Shown: piece by piece, positions 38,965 to 52,033 of the stretch
How the letters are laid out: each line of letters starts with the position of its first letter
Position numbering within the stretch: position 1 is the stretch's first letter
Assembly (NCBI RefSeq): GCF_000181795.1
Contig: NW_003526943.1
Span: 10,722,789-10,786,788, forward strand
Direction: 5' to 3'
From: Trichinella spiralis
Lineage: Eukaryota
Length of the DNA: 64,000 nucleotides
Translations under genes and position numbers: made by a program
The notes under the pieces: model-generated
Seen by the model: only the letters and a program-made list of their open reading frames with translations
What the model was told of the DNA's origin: nothing
Database searches by the model: none

Positions 38965-39489
38965 ATTGTAGAAATGATGGAGATCAGTTTGGTTGAAGCA
39001 ACCGGTGGTCAGTAGTGATCGTCAGGGACAGTGGGACGTCAAGTGACGACTAACTGTAGTATAGTTGTTCTTTTTCCATTTTTCCACACTGTCAACTGGG
39101 TCGTTGAGGTCAATATTGATGCGATGACCGGCGCCACTGTTGTTCAGCTTATTTGCCAAAGACCATCGGTCAGTGACAGTAGGTGAGCAGAGTAGAGGAG
39201 TTATTTTTTTCGTAGAAATAAATGTCTTCAGCTTTTTCTGTGTATTTTATAATTTGTACAGATCGGATACCACCATTCAGTTGTTGCTGTTCATTGAAAT
39301 AAAGCAGCCAAAGTTGTAGTGTGGTGGTCATTTGGAAAGCTGCAACTTGCTACCGCCAGTTGTGCGACCAGCAAGTTCAACGTCGACCGGACGGGCACCA
39401 GCAATCACCGCGGTCGTCAACTTCGTTCGGCCAACGGTCGACGAAAAGGACGCGCGCCAAATTTTCATACGGTCATTGGTCAACCGGAA

Positions 39490-41978
39490 ATGATGCACGT
39501 CACGGTGGTCGTGCAGCTGCCCGGCAAACAGGTCGCCGAAGTACCGCTGCTGCCGGACAGCACAGCCGCGGACGTGATTCGTCAGCTCAAGCTCAACGCC
39601 AACCTGTCCGACGACTACTTCCTCACTGCAGATTTCGACGGATACGGTAAGCGATCACGATGACATTATTTTTTTGGTTTTTTCTTTGTCTTCCCCCTAA
39701 ATATCCAAAAAAAAGTGGAAATCAAAATTTTTAACACAAAATATTACATAATTTATTTTTAATAAATGATCAACAATTTATTTTTTACTATTCTTTTATT
39801 CATCGGTGATAAATTGATCATCAACTGTATACAAAAACAATTTCTTCCAGGTTACTGTAGCCTGTTTTGTTTTTACTTTTCTATTCATCTCTGTTTCTCA
39901 TTTGTTCAAGCTGACGATTTTTTTTCAATTTACCCTTGACTCTTGATCATCATTTCAATTGGTTTTTTTTAAATTCACTTGATTTAAATTGGGAAAATTC
40001 ACCTCAACTGAAAAAGAAGCATCCTAGCATTGAAATTTGACGGGAAAACCTTGATTTGTTTATTCGTTATTCAGAAATTTTTATTCATAAAAAACAGTTG
40101 AATTGGATTTCTATTTTTATTGTAATAAAACAACAACAACAACAACAACTGTACAGTTAGTTGTTCATAGAATTGTTGGATTTGGTCTATTATTTTGTAT
40201 TGTCAGTTATTCAACAAAAAATTTTTTTTTTCAATCTCTCATCATTTTAGTCAAATGTTAAAGAAAATTACAACTGAACCAGAATTGTCAATTCGTGTGA
40301 AACAACTTCTTCTTTTTGTTCAAGTGAATAAGTTTGATGATGCAATTGAAGTGCTCAAATTTATTATAATTTTTATAAGACGCTGTTGTTGTGCTTTATG
40401 ATGAATTCAAATAGCATCTGCACTCATGTCACAATTGAACCAGTTCTTCATTGCAATGTTTATAAATCATTGCGAGATACTAGTGTGAAAATTTTTCATT
40501 ATTGGTGTCAAGATGAATTTTTCATCCTCATCATAATATGAATAAATGATACACATGTACACGCAACAACTAATAAATCATTTTGATTGTTTTTTTTGAA
40601 ATAGCTAGTTTCTTAGTTTTTGCATATTTTAAATTATTTGAATTGTTCATAAAAATTCCATCTGAAATATTCAACAAACTTTGCTTGCAGTGCTTTTGAG
40701 CGAATATTATTTTTTGCAGCACATCGTAATATTTCATTTTTGCATGCTTTTCCCATTGTTAAACTAATGCATTCAAGTGAAAAAAATCTGAATTATTTTT
40801 AAATGTGCCTGCTTGATTTATTTTTTGATGATTTTTACTGATTTATTTTTGAACATGGAGCATTTGAAGTATTTTTTTTCTTTTTCTTTTGCTTGTTCAA
40901 TGAATAAATTAAACGGATAATTTTCATTTTTCAAAAATTAATAATTCTCTTTGAAATATGATGAAGAGAGAATATCAAATGGAATAAATATTTGAATAAA
41001 AATTAACTTTTTTGAACTTTATAAATTTTTAAAAGATCATGTTCTGTTCTTTTAAAAAATTTTGCATTTTTTGACAATTTCCTTATGTTCTGTAGCAAAT
41101 GCGTCGCTTTCAGTGTATCACCATTTCTATAAATGTCATTAATTTGACGTTTGGCAAGGTCATTATGACGATATTGATGATCTGCTGCAAATTATGGAAT
41201 TTTCTGCTAGAATATATTTAATGGAGCACTTGAAAAGATGTCGTCTGTAACCAACGTCAACTTAATAGTTGTGCAAATATATGTATGTATTTCAAAGTAG
41301 CGGAAAATTAAATACATTTTGAAACTGAGAATATGAAGAGTTCTAGTTAATGAATTCCAGCTTTGAAACATCACAATTACAATTATTTATTTGATGCATA
41401 TATTGTTTTGTACGAATAAATTCATTTAATTTAGACAAGTTATTTGATGCTGAAGAACGTCTATATCAGCTTGTAAAAAAGCACATTCTTGGTGGTGGTC
41501 GGAAAAACGACGTACAATTTTATCTCAGGAAGAAAAAAACAATTAGTAAGAATTGTTTAATTTTAATATTTTATTTTTAGCATGTTCATTTAAAAGTAGA
41601 ATATTACTTTTTTCTTTTTCAATTCGATTAGGTCAACTGAAAGTGTTAATTTAATTCAAAGAAATTAATAAAATAAAAATTCAGTTTTGTTCAATTAATA
41701 TATATAATTCTTTTTTATATTTATGTACAGTTGAAAAAGTTATTTAATTGTGTTTATGCGTAATTTCTTCTTCGATACTTGTGCACAATATTAATCCATT
41801 AATATTTTTCTCAGCATCTGGATTAAATACACCCGCATCTAGCTCACAATCTGACGGAAAAAATGAGGTACGTATACTTTATATTTTTTTTTACTGAGCT
41901 GTGAAAAATTAAAATATGAAGCTGAACGTGTATTTCAGTTGGTAGAATTACGAATAGTAATAATGGTGAACTTAATCT

Positions 41979-42010
<32 letters not shown>

Positions 42011-45000
42011 TTATTGATTTACTGAGACATTATTTTACTTATTAATTGGATGGAAATTAAATTAACAGGTTTCTCTGATCGCATGCTTATTCAAATTAAA
42101 CAATAATATATTTTAAAAAGTTGATATATTTTGTAATGAATGAAAAAGATTTTTATTTTTATTTTTTGAACATGCCAAATTGAAGTTGATACGGTTATTA
42201 TTTATTTTCAATTTGAAATGGTACTTTTTGTATTTTCATACTGTAGTCAATCTAGCTTTACTTTAATCTGTCACGGTTGATTGGTAGAGGCTGTTGTACG
42301 TTACGGTTGCGGTGATCAGGCTTGTGGAATTGGTGTTGTTTTGTAGGCTTTGCCGGAAATGTACAAAGCAAATCCCGACTTTGGTGATTTATTCAAAATG
42401 CCAGTATCGCAGTTGCGTCGAATTGCTCTGCACCGACGCGCTTTGATCGATCAAAACTGCAATACAATTAACGAGAAAAACCGGAAATTAAATTCATTCC
42501 TCACCAGTTCAGGTTTGTATTCATGTTCATCTTTTTTGCTTTTTGATTTACGCTTTCGCTCGATTGTAATTGCAGTTTATTCTCATTTATATTGTACAAT
42601 GAACTCTTCGAACGGGTAGAGTAATTTTTTCTTTTTTTGGAAATTCTACTCTATCAAACTTGGGTGCAGTTTCTAAATATACCAAGCTTTATTTTTTATT
42701 CGTATTTTTTTGTTGACGATAATTCCACTCGTATGACAACAACAAGTTCACATTATTATCTCACATCTTGTCGGCATTTGTGATTCAGAGTTCATGTAGA
42801 TGATGGACTTTTTGGCAATTGATGATCAACTGTGTAAGGCAACATCTTTTGTTTTTTTTTTATTTCTTGTCACATTTGATAAATTGAATTAGTTTTTTTT
42901 TTGTATTTTTATTTTTGAAGTTTCATTTTGTTCTGGTGATTTGTTGTTGTTCAATTCAAATGCGCATCTCACATTCTTGACAAATGGAAAACTGTTGCAA
43001 TTTGTGAGTTGCAATTGTCAATATTTGTTCAGTTATCGGCGTGCTGCTTTGTTTTCGCTTAAAACTGTGCAGCGGGTGTGGCGTCCGTTTGCCGTCAGGC
43101 TCTTCATGCTTTGCAGAGTAAATAGCGCATTTTATCTTTTCTCTTTTCTTTCAATTCTCAACAGGCCACTAATCGCCGATTACATGTGCTTTTAATAATG
43201 TGAAAGTGATTTCAATTTTAACAACTTTTTTCTTTCTTTTCGTTCATCTAATCGTTTTCATCTCTACTGCAAATGACTTGAACGTATAAACAGAAATCAA
43301 TCAAATTGGAAAATTGACGCAATAATTTTTCAAACTTGTCAATGTTTGAACGCGTTCAGCGTTAATGGAAGCATTAAAAAGGTGATTGAGGTGAACTGGC
43401 TGCACTTGAGTTTCTGTTTGAAAGTTATTTGACAAATGTGAAAATCTGGTGCCAAGGAAATTCAAATATTCACCATTTCAAATATTTTCAATTATTTATT
43501 CCTTGGGTATATACTTTAATAATTACTTATTTTGTATTCATTAAAAAAATATGTAAATGGACGAAAGGAAAATTGTTAAATATAGATTATATGAGCTTAA
43601 TGCAGCATTAATCTTGTTTCATTTATTGAAATATTCTCCTTCAAGTTGCAAAGTTTACTTCAATAAATAGCGCGTGGCGATGTGGCATTTTTTTTCAAAA
43701 TAGTTAATTTCATTCAGCTTATTCGAGTTTGCATGATTGACGTGTATGTTGGTTGAGAATTTTACGAATGGAAGAGAATGAACTTTTTGATTTGCTTTGT
43801 TTCATTAACATTTTACAAACTTTACATCTTGTTTGCTTTATTATAGAATTATGTAAGAAAAAAAGTTTTTTCCATTATTCGCATAGTTGACTGAAATGTC
43901 GCTCGGTGAATGCACGGTATTTTGTGATTTTCAAGTTCAATTTTTATCGAGACTTGTGAAATCTGTGTAAATATTTTCACCTGTGAATGATTGGATCGAA
44001 CTGCTAGTTGTTTAATTTTCTTTTATATAATTATATTTCGGTTGCCATGATTGACATGATTTTTCTTCCATATTGAATGGAAATGTTTTCTATGCGATAA
44101 AAGAAATTTCTCGAACATGTTGGCAGGTATTTGTTTGGTTTCATTGCTGTTTGATAATTGATATTGTCGAATCGTTAAAAATGTTCACTTGCTAGTACTT
44201 GTTAATCCGTTTATTTCGTTTGGTTTTTATTACAAGTTATTCATAAAAAACATTGAATGATTGAAAATCTTGTTTTCAATTTCGTGTTTCTTAATGCTTG
44301 AAAATACTTGTGTCCGTTATTGTTTACTTCGGGAAATGAATTTGCTTGAATTTTTACAAGCAACTTTGGGCAGTGTTTCTGCGTGCGTGCACAGTGGACC
44401 ACAAGGGATTTTTTGTTTGAAAGCTTTTCAAGTATGTTGAATAAGATTTTTTAAAAAGAGCATTGAAAAAAAATATACACATTGATGATGAATAAACCAC
44501 CGTAGCCGACTGGTTAGTAAACGACCGGTGATTGATTGAATGGATGAATGATTCATTCATCTGTATTACAAGGAAATATTTATCTAGCGGTGCATGTGAG
44601 TCATTAATTGAGCATTTTTCAAAGAATAAATTGTCAAGTATATATTGTTTTTTATGTGATTTGTTTTTCAGGGAGAATATTGTAGAAATGATAAAATTTA
44701 AATAAAATTATAGTTTGATGTTGTTGTTCAGGTGTGGATTTACGATTGCAGCAAAAGTTGCGCCAGTTGGAAGACCGTTTGGCGTTGGAAGAGGCGCGTT
44801 TCAAAAAGTTGACCAGATTGAAGGAAGAATTGAACAATTATTCGTTGTGCTACAAGTCGCTGGTGCAGCAGTTGGATTTGTTGAAAATGAAAATGCGAAA
44901 CAAGAAAACCGAAGTCGAGCTGGCCGACCAGAAAGTCGAAGAACTGAGCCGTCTGCTGGCCAAGTTGAAGTTGCAGAGGATATTGTTGGCCAAACGTGCC

Positions 45001-48000
45001 GAGATAAGTTTGTACGACAGCGAAATTGGCGATCTCAGTTGTGCGTTGTCATTGCCGACCACCGGGTCGGGGTCGGGCGCCGATCCGGGTCCAAGTCCAG
45101 GTCCAGGTTCAGGTCCCGATGGACAGTCGAGCAGCAAGCTTTCGGTCGGCTCGGAGTGTAGCAGAGTGCAAGGGTCGAGGCCGAAGGCGGCGGTGGAGCC
45201 GTTCAAAATCGACACGCCCGACCAGGACGTCGAGTGTTGTTCGACCGAAGAGGCGGCGGCCGAAAGCGGGTCGAAGTTGGACCAGTACGTGCGGTCGAAA
45301 GGGTTCCGGACCGCGTTCTTCGCCATGCAGCGGGCGTTGGTCGAAGACGCCGCCGGCGACGGGCGATCCGTGGAATTGCCGTCGGATTCCGACGACCACG
45401 ACGTTGTTGTGGTCGACGGCGGTCAGCCACCGCCCTCCGCTGGTCCAACCGAGCCGTTGGTGAAATTTCTCCACGGCAACGGCAACGCCAGTAGACGGTC
45501 GAACGTGCGGTCCGAATTGGCCGATTCCAGCCAATCGCCGCCGCCCGACCTGATCCCCGCCAGCGAGAAGAGCAAATTTTTGGGCCAGGGGGCGCTGGCG
45601 TCGGCATCGGATGCGGCACTGGGCGATATTGTCAAAGCCGAAACCGACAAGATCCATCTGCGCAGCGATACGCTCAGGGCGGCAAAACGGCGCTCCTGGG
45701 CCGAACACCACGCCAATTTGGCCACGAGTGACGAAACCGAGCACATTCGGCTTCTTCTGTGCCGTGAATTGAAAAAAGGCAAAACGTCCGTCAATTTGTC
45801 TTGGATATTGGACCAGCTGGATTCGGTGGGTGCTGCGACGACTTCGACTTCGACTTCCACAACCAATGCGGTACCATTTGTAGCAGCATTGATTAGAATT
45901 TAAATTTAAGAATATAATTTGAACAATTTTTTTTTGTTTTCCAGTTGTTGTCGGAACCGATGCGGTCGTCGTTGTCACCATCCGATGAGCATCTGAACTA
46001 TTGCCGGGCCAAAGTGACGTCGTCGACTACCAACAATGACGATGATACTAAGCTGACGTTGGATTCGTTGACAGCAGTGTGTTGTCCGCAAATTTCGGAC
46101 AAATTGTTGTGTGATTTGGTGGAGATTGAAAAAAATGGAAAAGACGACAAAGTGGAAGTGAAAGAACAACTGCTTGAACAACAACCACAAGAAAATGATG
46201 ATGATGACGATGGTGGTAAAGAAGAAGAACATGAACGCGAAGAAATTACAATAGTAGTAGTGGACGAAGAAGGGCCAGAAGTTGAACGACGACAACGCAG
46301 TGGAAGTGGAACGACGTCGACTAACAGGAGAGAAGCGGAACCGAAACCCAGGAGAGGCATTCTGCAGGGTACGTCTGCACGTTGTGGCGACGGCCCTGTC
46401 CGACCCAGGGGTGTCCACTTCGATCCGTTGGCTTTGCTGTTGGACGCGGCATTGGAAGGCGAACTGGACCTGGTCAAACGTTGTTCCAAACAACTGCCCA
46501 ACGTCAGCGTCTGCTACGAAGAAGGGATCACGGCGTTGCACAACGCCATTTGCGCCGGTCACTACGACATTGTGCGATTTTTGGTGGAAGCCGGTGCCGA
46601 CGTGAATGCCCAAGATTCGGACGGATGGTATGTGGGGGAAAAGTGGTTTGGTGTGATTTTCAATTAATAAATAATAATAATATGTGATCTTTTTTTTCTT
46701 AGGACCCCGCTGCATTGTGCCGCTTCGTGCAACAATTTGCCCATTGTGAAATTTTTGGTCGAAAACGGCGCCTGCATATTCGCGTCGACTCTGAGCGACG
46801 AAGAAACGCCGGCGGCGAAATGCGAAGAAAACGAAGAAGGTTTTGTCGGATGTTCGCAATTTTTGCTCGGCTTACAACAGCGCATGGGAACGATGAACGG
46901 CGGCATTGTATACGCCGCTTACTCGTACGATCCCGAACGGGACGACGAGCTCGGCTTTGAAAAAGACGATCAACTTCGAGTGTTGGCCAAAGATTTGGAC
47001 GGTTTTGGTGGCTGGTGGCGAGCTTTCGATCCCAAATCCGGGCGTGAAGGTTACGTGCCGAGAAATTATTTATCCGTAAGTTTTTTTTTTTTTCAAAAGT
47101 TGAAAAAAAAAAGTTCAAAAAGAGATAAATCACTGATGAAATTGCATGCAAACTTGTTGAAGAAGAAGTACTTGTTCTTCTTTTTTTGTCTGCTTTTCGA
47201 TATTACAAACAAGCCAGTTCTGATGTAAGCAGCAGTGCTCTTTTTGGCAATTGTGTCTGTCTGTTTGTCCAATGAACAACGTTAAATAGAATACATTTTT
47301 GTATGGTTATGTTTTTTTTGCCCCTTCTTTCTCGCAGTGCAGCTTTTGTTTGTTCCCTTTTGTGCTTCCACATCTCTATTGTGTTGTTCACATTTTGTGA
47401 ATATATCAGAGACGAATTAATTCTTCTTTATATGTATATATGTATAATTTTCCTCCTTCTACTATAGAACAGAGAGATTATTCGACTAGATAGATGAAAC
47501 GAGTTTCGTTTCGTTTCAATTTGTGAAAAGCAATTTTTCACATAAATTAACTATAATTTAAACTTTATTTTTTTTGTTTTGCTACAGTTTTTCAGAAAAT
47601 TGTATTACTGCTAGGGTTTTATATATGATATGCATCATCGGGTGGATTGTGATCGAATGGTGGGGTTGGAGAGTTTTAAGTATTAAATCTTGCGTGCATG
47701 TGTGCAAAAATACTGCCAGTTGGTAGGATTGCTGCTGGTGGTAATGATGATGATTATTTTATTATTAACGCGCACATGTGTTGCTTTTGCTGTCGGGCAG
47801 GCAGGATTTTGATTGCTTTTTAGCATGACGAAAAAGCAACAACCACAACTGTTCCTTCGGATTTTAGTGCTTCTTTAATTTTATTTTTTTCTCCATGAAG
47901 CTAACGTCACATGGAATCTTTTTCTAGTTGACTACCTGAATCCGAATCTGAGTCTGAAATTGAAAAGTGTCAGTTGTTTCAATATATTTTATTTTTCTCC

Positions 48001-48228
48001 TGACAATTTGGATTTTTATTCTTCTTCTTCGGTTCTAATCTTTTATTATTGGAAAAGAAAAGCCATTAAAAATTTGAATCGTCTAATATAATATAATTTT
48101 ATTGTTTTTTTTTGTTTTTATTATTACTTATATTTCAGCTTTACCCACGACCTTCGCAGTTGCGTTTTGCCACCCGAGGCGGAAAAAATGACCAACAAGA
48201 AGAATCTCGTGCAACAGCCGCACAATGA
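39490..48228 (+). CDS. ape-1: ASPP-family protein (ubiquitin-like N-terminus, coiled coil, PP1-docking motif, ankyrin repeats, SH3), about 8 exons
   Basis: Approximate exons: 39490-39646, 41435-41545, 41815-41867, 42347-42512, 44732-45870, 45945-46627, 46703-47075, 48139-48228. Hallmarks: RGVHFDPLALLLDAALEGELDLV, EGITALHNAICAGHYDIVRFLV, DSDGWTPLHCAASCNN, and an SH3 domain ending EGYVPRNYLS|LYPR. The start codon is less certain. Confidence 0.92.
41982..42010. repeat. (TAA)n microsatellite in an ASPP intron
   Basis: About 9-10 tandem TAA/AAT units. Confidence 0.9.
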
Positions 48229-48442
48229 TATTTATTATTAATTAGTATTACATTCGTTTGACGTTTTTATTTTTATTTTTTTCTTATTTTTCATCTTTTC
48301 CTTTTTCTTCTCTTTCTACACACAACAATTTGATGTAAAAGAAAACTGCCCATTTTGTGTACACATGCGGTTTTTCTTCATTTGCTCACAAACCTGGGGT
48401 GATTTTACATTTTAATATTCATTTACGCTGTTATTCTTCTGT

Positions 48443-48444
<2 letters not shown>

Positions 48445-48475
<31 letters not shown>

Positions 48476-48492
48476 TTGTGTGTGTTTGTGTT
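48445..48492. repeat. (CT)n and imperfect (GT)n tract in the presumed ASPP 3' UTR
   Basis: CTCTCT... run followed by TGTGTGTGT, read directly. Confidence 0.85.
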
Positions 48493-51485
48493 TCTCTCTT
48501 TCTTATTCTTTAAACGTTATGATAAACGGGAAATTTTGTTGCATTTATCTTCATCCTTTTCTTATTTTTATTTTGTTTGTTTGTTTGTTTATTTGTTTGT
48601 TTATTTCTTAATGCATAGAGTCTTAATGCCAGCAACTTCAGTGAATCCGTGTGTCTGTGTGTTGTTCATTTACCATCTGCAAAATTTTGTGAAAATATAC
48701 CGGCCGTGTGGAAGACGTGGTTTCCTTCCTTCTCTATGCAAATTCTCTGTGTTCCTCTATTTCGGTTCCTCTCGAGGAGACGATCTCTTGTTGTCCTCAG
48801 TGGCAGCAACAAAATTTCAGCACTTTCACATCATAATATTATTATTTTTATTATTATTATTGTTTACATTTTTTTTCTGTTAATAATAAAAACTTTTTTA
48901 CCATTTTGTTTTGAACTTTGTTTTTAAACAATTTTATTTTCTTTTAAACTGAAAACAGAAATGTAATCTATTAAATAAAAATTGTTGGTTTTAGTAGTTG
49001 GATTTTCAATAAACAAGCGCGGATGATAATTTTGTTGCAATTCATGTGTGTAACAAAACAATTTCTGTATTTCACTTTATTCCACATTTATTTGCGTATT
49101 TATAATCGAATATGCGACTTTTTTTGGAAAACATCAAAGAACTTGGTTTTGCAAATTGTGTATATTTATTGTTTTCAATTTTTTCAATCTTTTTCTGGAA
49201 AAGCAATTTTGAATCAACAAACGATTAATAATATCTTGTTCAACAAAAGAAACAGCTAAACTGATTGATTGCTTTCCAATTAATTATAAAATAACCACTC
49301 TGTGTACCGATGTGAATGAAAATTTCAATTTTCAACAATCACCTTTTCGAAGCAGTGATTTTTCAAATTGTAAAAACGTGTAAAAACGTTTTTAAACTGA
49401 AATTTTATGATAAACATTCTGCTTATCAAATTGAGTAATAAAAAACAAACGATACCTTTTCATTGCAGTGGTTTTATTGGATGACGCTACTATTTTACAC
49501 GTACGTACGTCATAGAATATTTAAATTCATCCACTTGCGTAGAATACCTACTTTTCTAAATGCATTCATTCAACTGATAAAGTAAAAAACTAAAAAAAGA
49601 CTGTCGAATTTTTTCTTTTACTGTAAGTACAATAATTTCCAGTCTAACTTTTACAGTATATTTCCTTTTCTTATTTATGAAACAAAAATTTTGCGAAATT
49701 ATTCAAAATAGTAATTTTACGCTTATTTGTTAATAAAGATTAATTTTAAAACTTAAATGTCAGAATCACTTTTTTGTAGCGTGCTTATTTTCTAGATTTT
49801 ATTACATTAATTTGTTAATTTTTTTACTTACACAATACTAGCGCTTCATTAATTAGTGAATAATACATTCAGTGTTTTTCACGTTTTTTTTATTTATAAA
49901 AACAAATGGTCAGTTAATTTACGTTTTTTTGCATTTTTCAACAGTATATTTTGATGTTCAAGCTAATTAAATTACTGTATGAAGTACAAAAATACCAAAA
50001 AATTAATTTTCAGTATTACATTAAAAAATCTATTCTATATTTTTTTATGAGTGAACAGAGTTTTGGAAAAGAAAAATAAAGAGCTCCCTTTTGGCTGCTC
50101 ATATTCATTTATTATTAATTTTCAAATGTAATCTCATTTATGTTAAATGTTCTTTTGCCTATGTGATAAGAAATAATAATAATGATAATAATAATTATTA
50201 TTATTATGGCAAAACTACTAATCTTTCTTTGTAGTTTAATTCGTGCATTTAATAATTTATATATTTCTAAATAAATTTTAAACTAGCCTTGTATCTTCAT
50301 TGGAAAATTGTGAAAAGTAGGTTTTGTATATACAGTTTCTGAATATGGAATTTATTCTTTAAAAAAATAAAAATGCAATTTCATATAAAAAACAGTTTCA
50401 CCTGCATAACATATAGCATAGTTTGCATGAAACTTTATTATTCATGAATGTATAAATGGAAATTTTACTGAAAACCAATAACACAGCTGGTTTTAGCTAA
50501 ATATTTGCATATTAACTATATTACATAGTTTAAATATGCCATTTTTGTATTTTAAATAATATGAACTTCTCGCCTATTTTACTTTACCTTTTCTGCTGTT
50601 TTCTGTAATAATATTCCTGTGAAGCAGTAATACTGGCATTTTAAAAATATTCTCCCTTTGAAATGCATTTTCAGCAATAAATAACATTGCTTTTAGTATT
50701 TCCATTTTCAACGTGCCATCATCATATATAGTGTGAAAATTGATTGCAATTCGTTTGTAATGGAAAAACAAAATATAGCACTTACTCACAAGTTGTTAAA
50801 AGCGGCACATAATCAAAAAATCAATTTTATTTCAACCAAAAATCAAATAATATAAAAGAAGTTTATCCTTCATCTACTATCGAAAATGTTTTTTAATAAT
50901 GGATAATTATTTTTTTAACTTTTCACGAGCAGTATAATTTACAGTTTTATCTTATATATATAATGTGGCATGATGAAAAAAGGACATTAGAATTGTACCA
51001 GTGTACTTTTAAATTGCATTAACAGTTTTGCAGTGTTTTCAAATTAAAAAATCTTCTCCAACAACGCAATTAAGATATTGAAGTTATTAAAGTTGATGAA
51101 GTCTTTTGCTATTTAAGAAATTTAAAATAACCTGATCATTAAATACATAATTTGTATCAACTAAAAATTTACATTCCCTTTTATATAATAAGTAAAACAT
51201 CCAATGAATGTAATTGAACTACTAAAAAAACTGTTGCTTCGTGCATTTGCTCATCGCCACATCAAGAAAAACAATTAATAAATTAAATTCATTTTCTTTG
51301 GGTAAAGCCAACAAACAAACACTTCATGAAAATAGGCGAGAAAGAAAAGAAAAGCACGTCATATATAAATAGGAAAAAAATACAATACAATACAATACAA
51401 ATTAATGCATAGATAAAGCTAAAAGTTGAGAGAAAACAAATATACAGATATATGGTAATTTGATTTACAGAGAAAATTAAGTACG

Positions 51486-51530
51486 TATAATATAATATAA
51501 TATAATATAATGTAATATAATATAATATAA
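51486..51530. repeat. (TATAA)n pentanucleotide repeat downstream of the Antp-like gene
   Basis: Nine units, one of them the variant TGTAA. Confidence 0.9.
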
Positions 51531-52033
51531 TAAATAAGCTAGCCAGCAGTTTAGTTGTTGCTTCTAGTCAATTTCTACAAAGACAAATTTTAAAAGCTTA
51601 TTATAGCATTTTTCATGAACGCTACTTTTAGTCAGAAGCCAAAATCAACATCAAAACGCATGTTGCAAAATATGGCCTGAGAACTAAAAGCAAACTTTAG
51701 ATTAAATTTCGAGGTATCCCATCATCAACTCGCTCAACAAATTTCAGTTCACACAGGGGTCGACATAAGTGAATCAGGCGCAAAATGGATTCAAGAAATC
51801 TGCATTCTACAAAAGAAACCATACAAATAATGTACATATATACATATATATAGTTGATAAATTGAATGAAAAATAACAATTATATTTACATTTTTAATGT
51901 AAAATAAAGGGAAATCCGTTTTAATGAAATGTACAAATTTGTTCAACTTTGACAGTCAAGGATTGTATTATTATTATTATTATTATTAAAAGATAGAATC
52001 AAATTGTACTTGAAAATTTTTAATAACAACTGT

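Noticed and set aside
44715..47151. Many long overlapping and antisense ORFs (up to 294 aa) over the ASPP exons
   Set aside because: These are expected shadows of GC-rich coding sequence with few stop codons. They have no domains, run through introns, and include low-complexity intron-derived residues.
47133..47223. TGATGA...CTGA pair resembling a C/D snoRNA in the last ASPP intron
   Set aside because: The C box is imperfect, there is no terminal stem, the interior is low-complexity poly-T, and no rRNA guide is recognisable.
48357..49259. Hydrophobic ORFs downstream of ASPP
   Set aside because: These are translations of T-rich, microsatellite-containing 3' UTR-like sequence.
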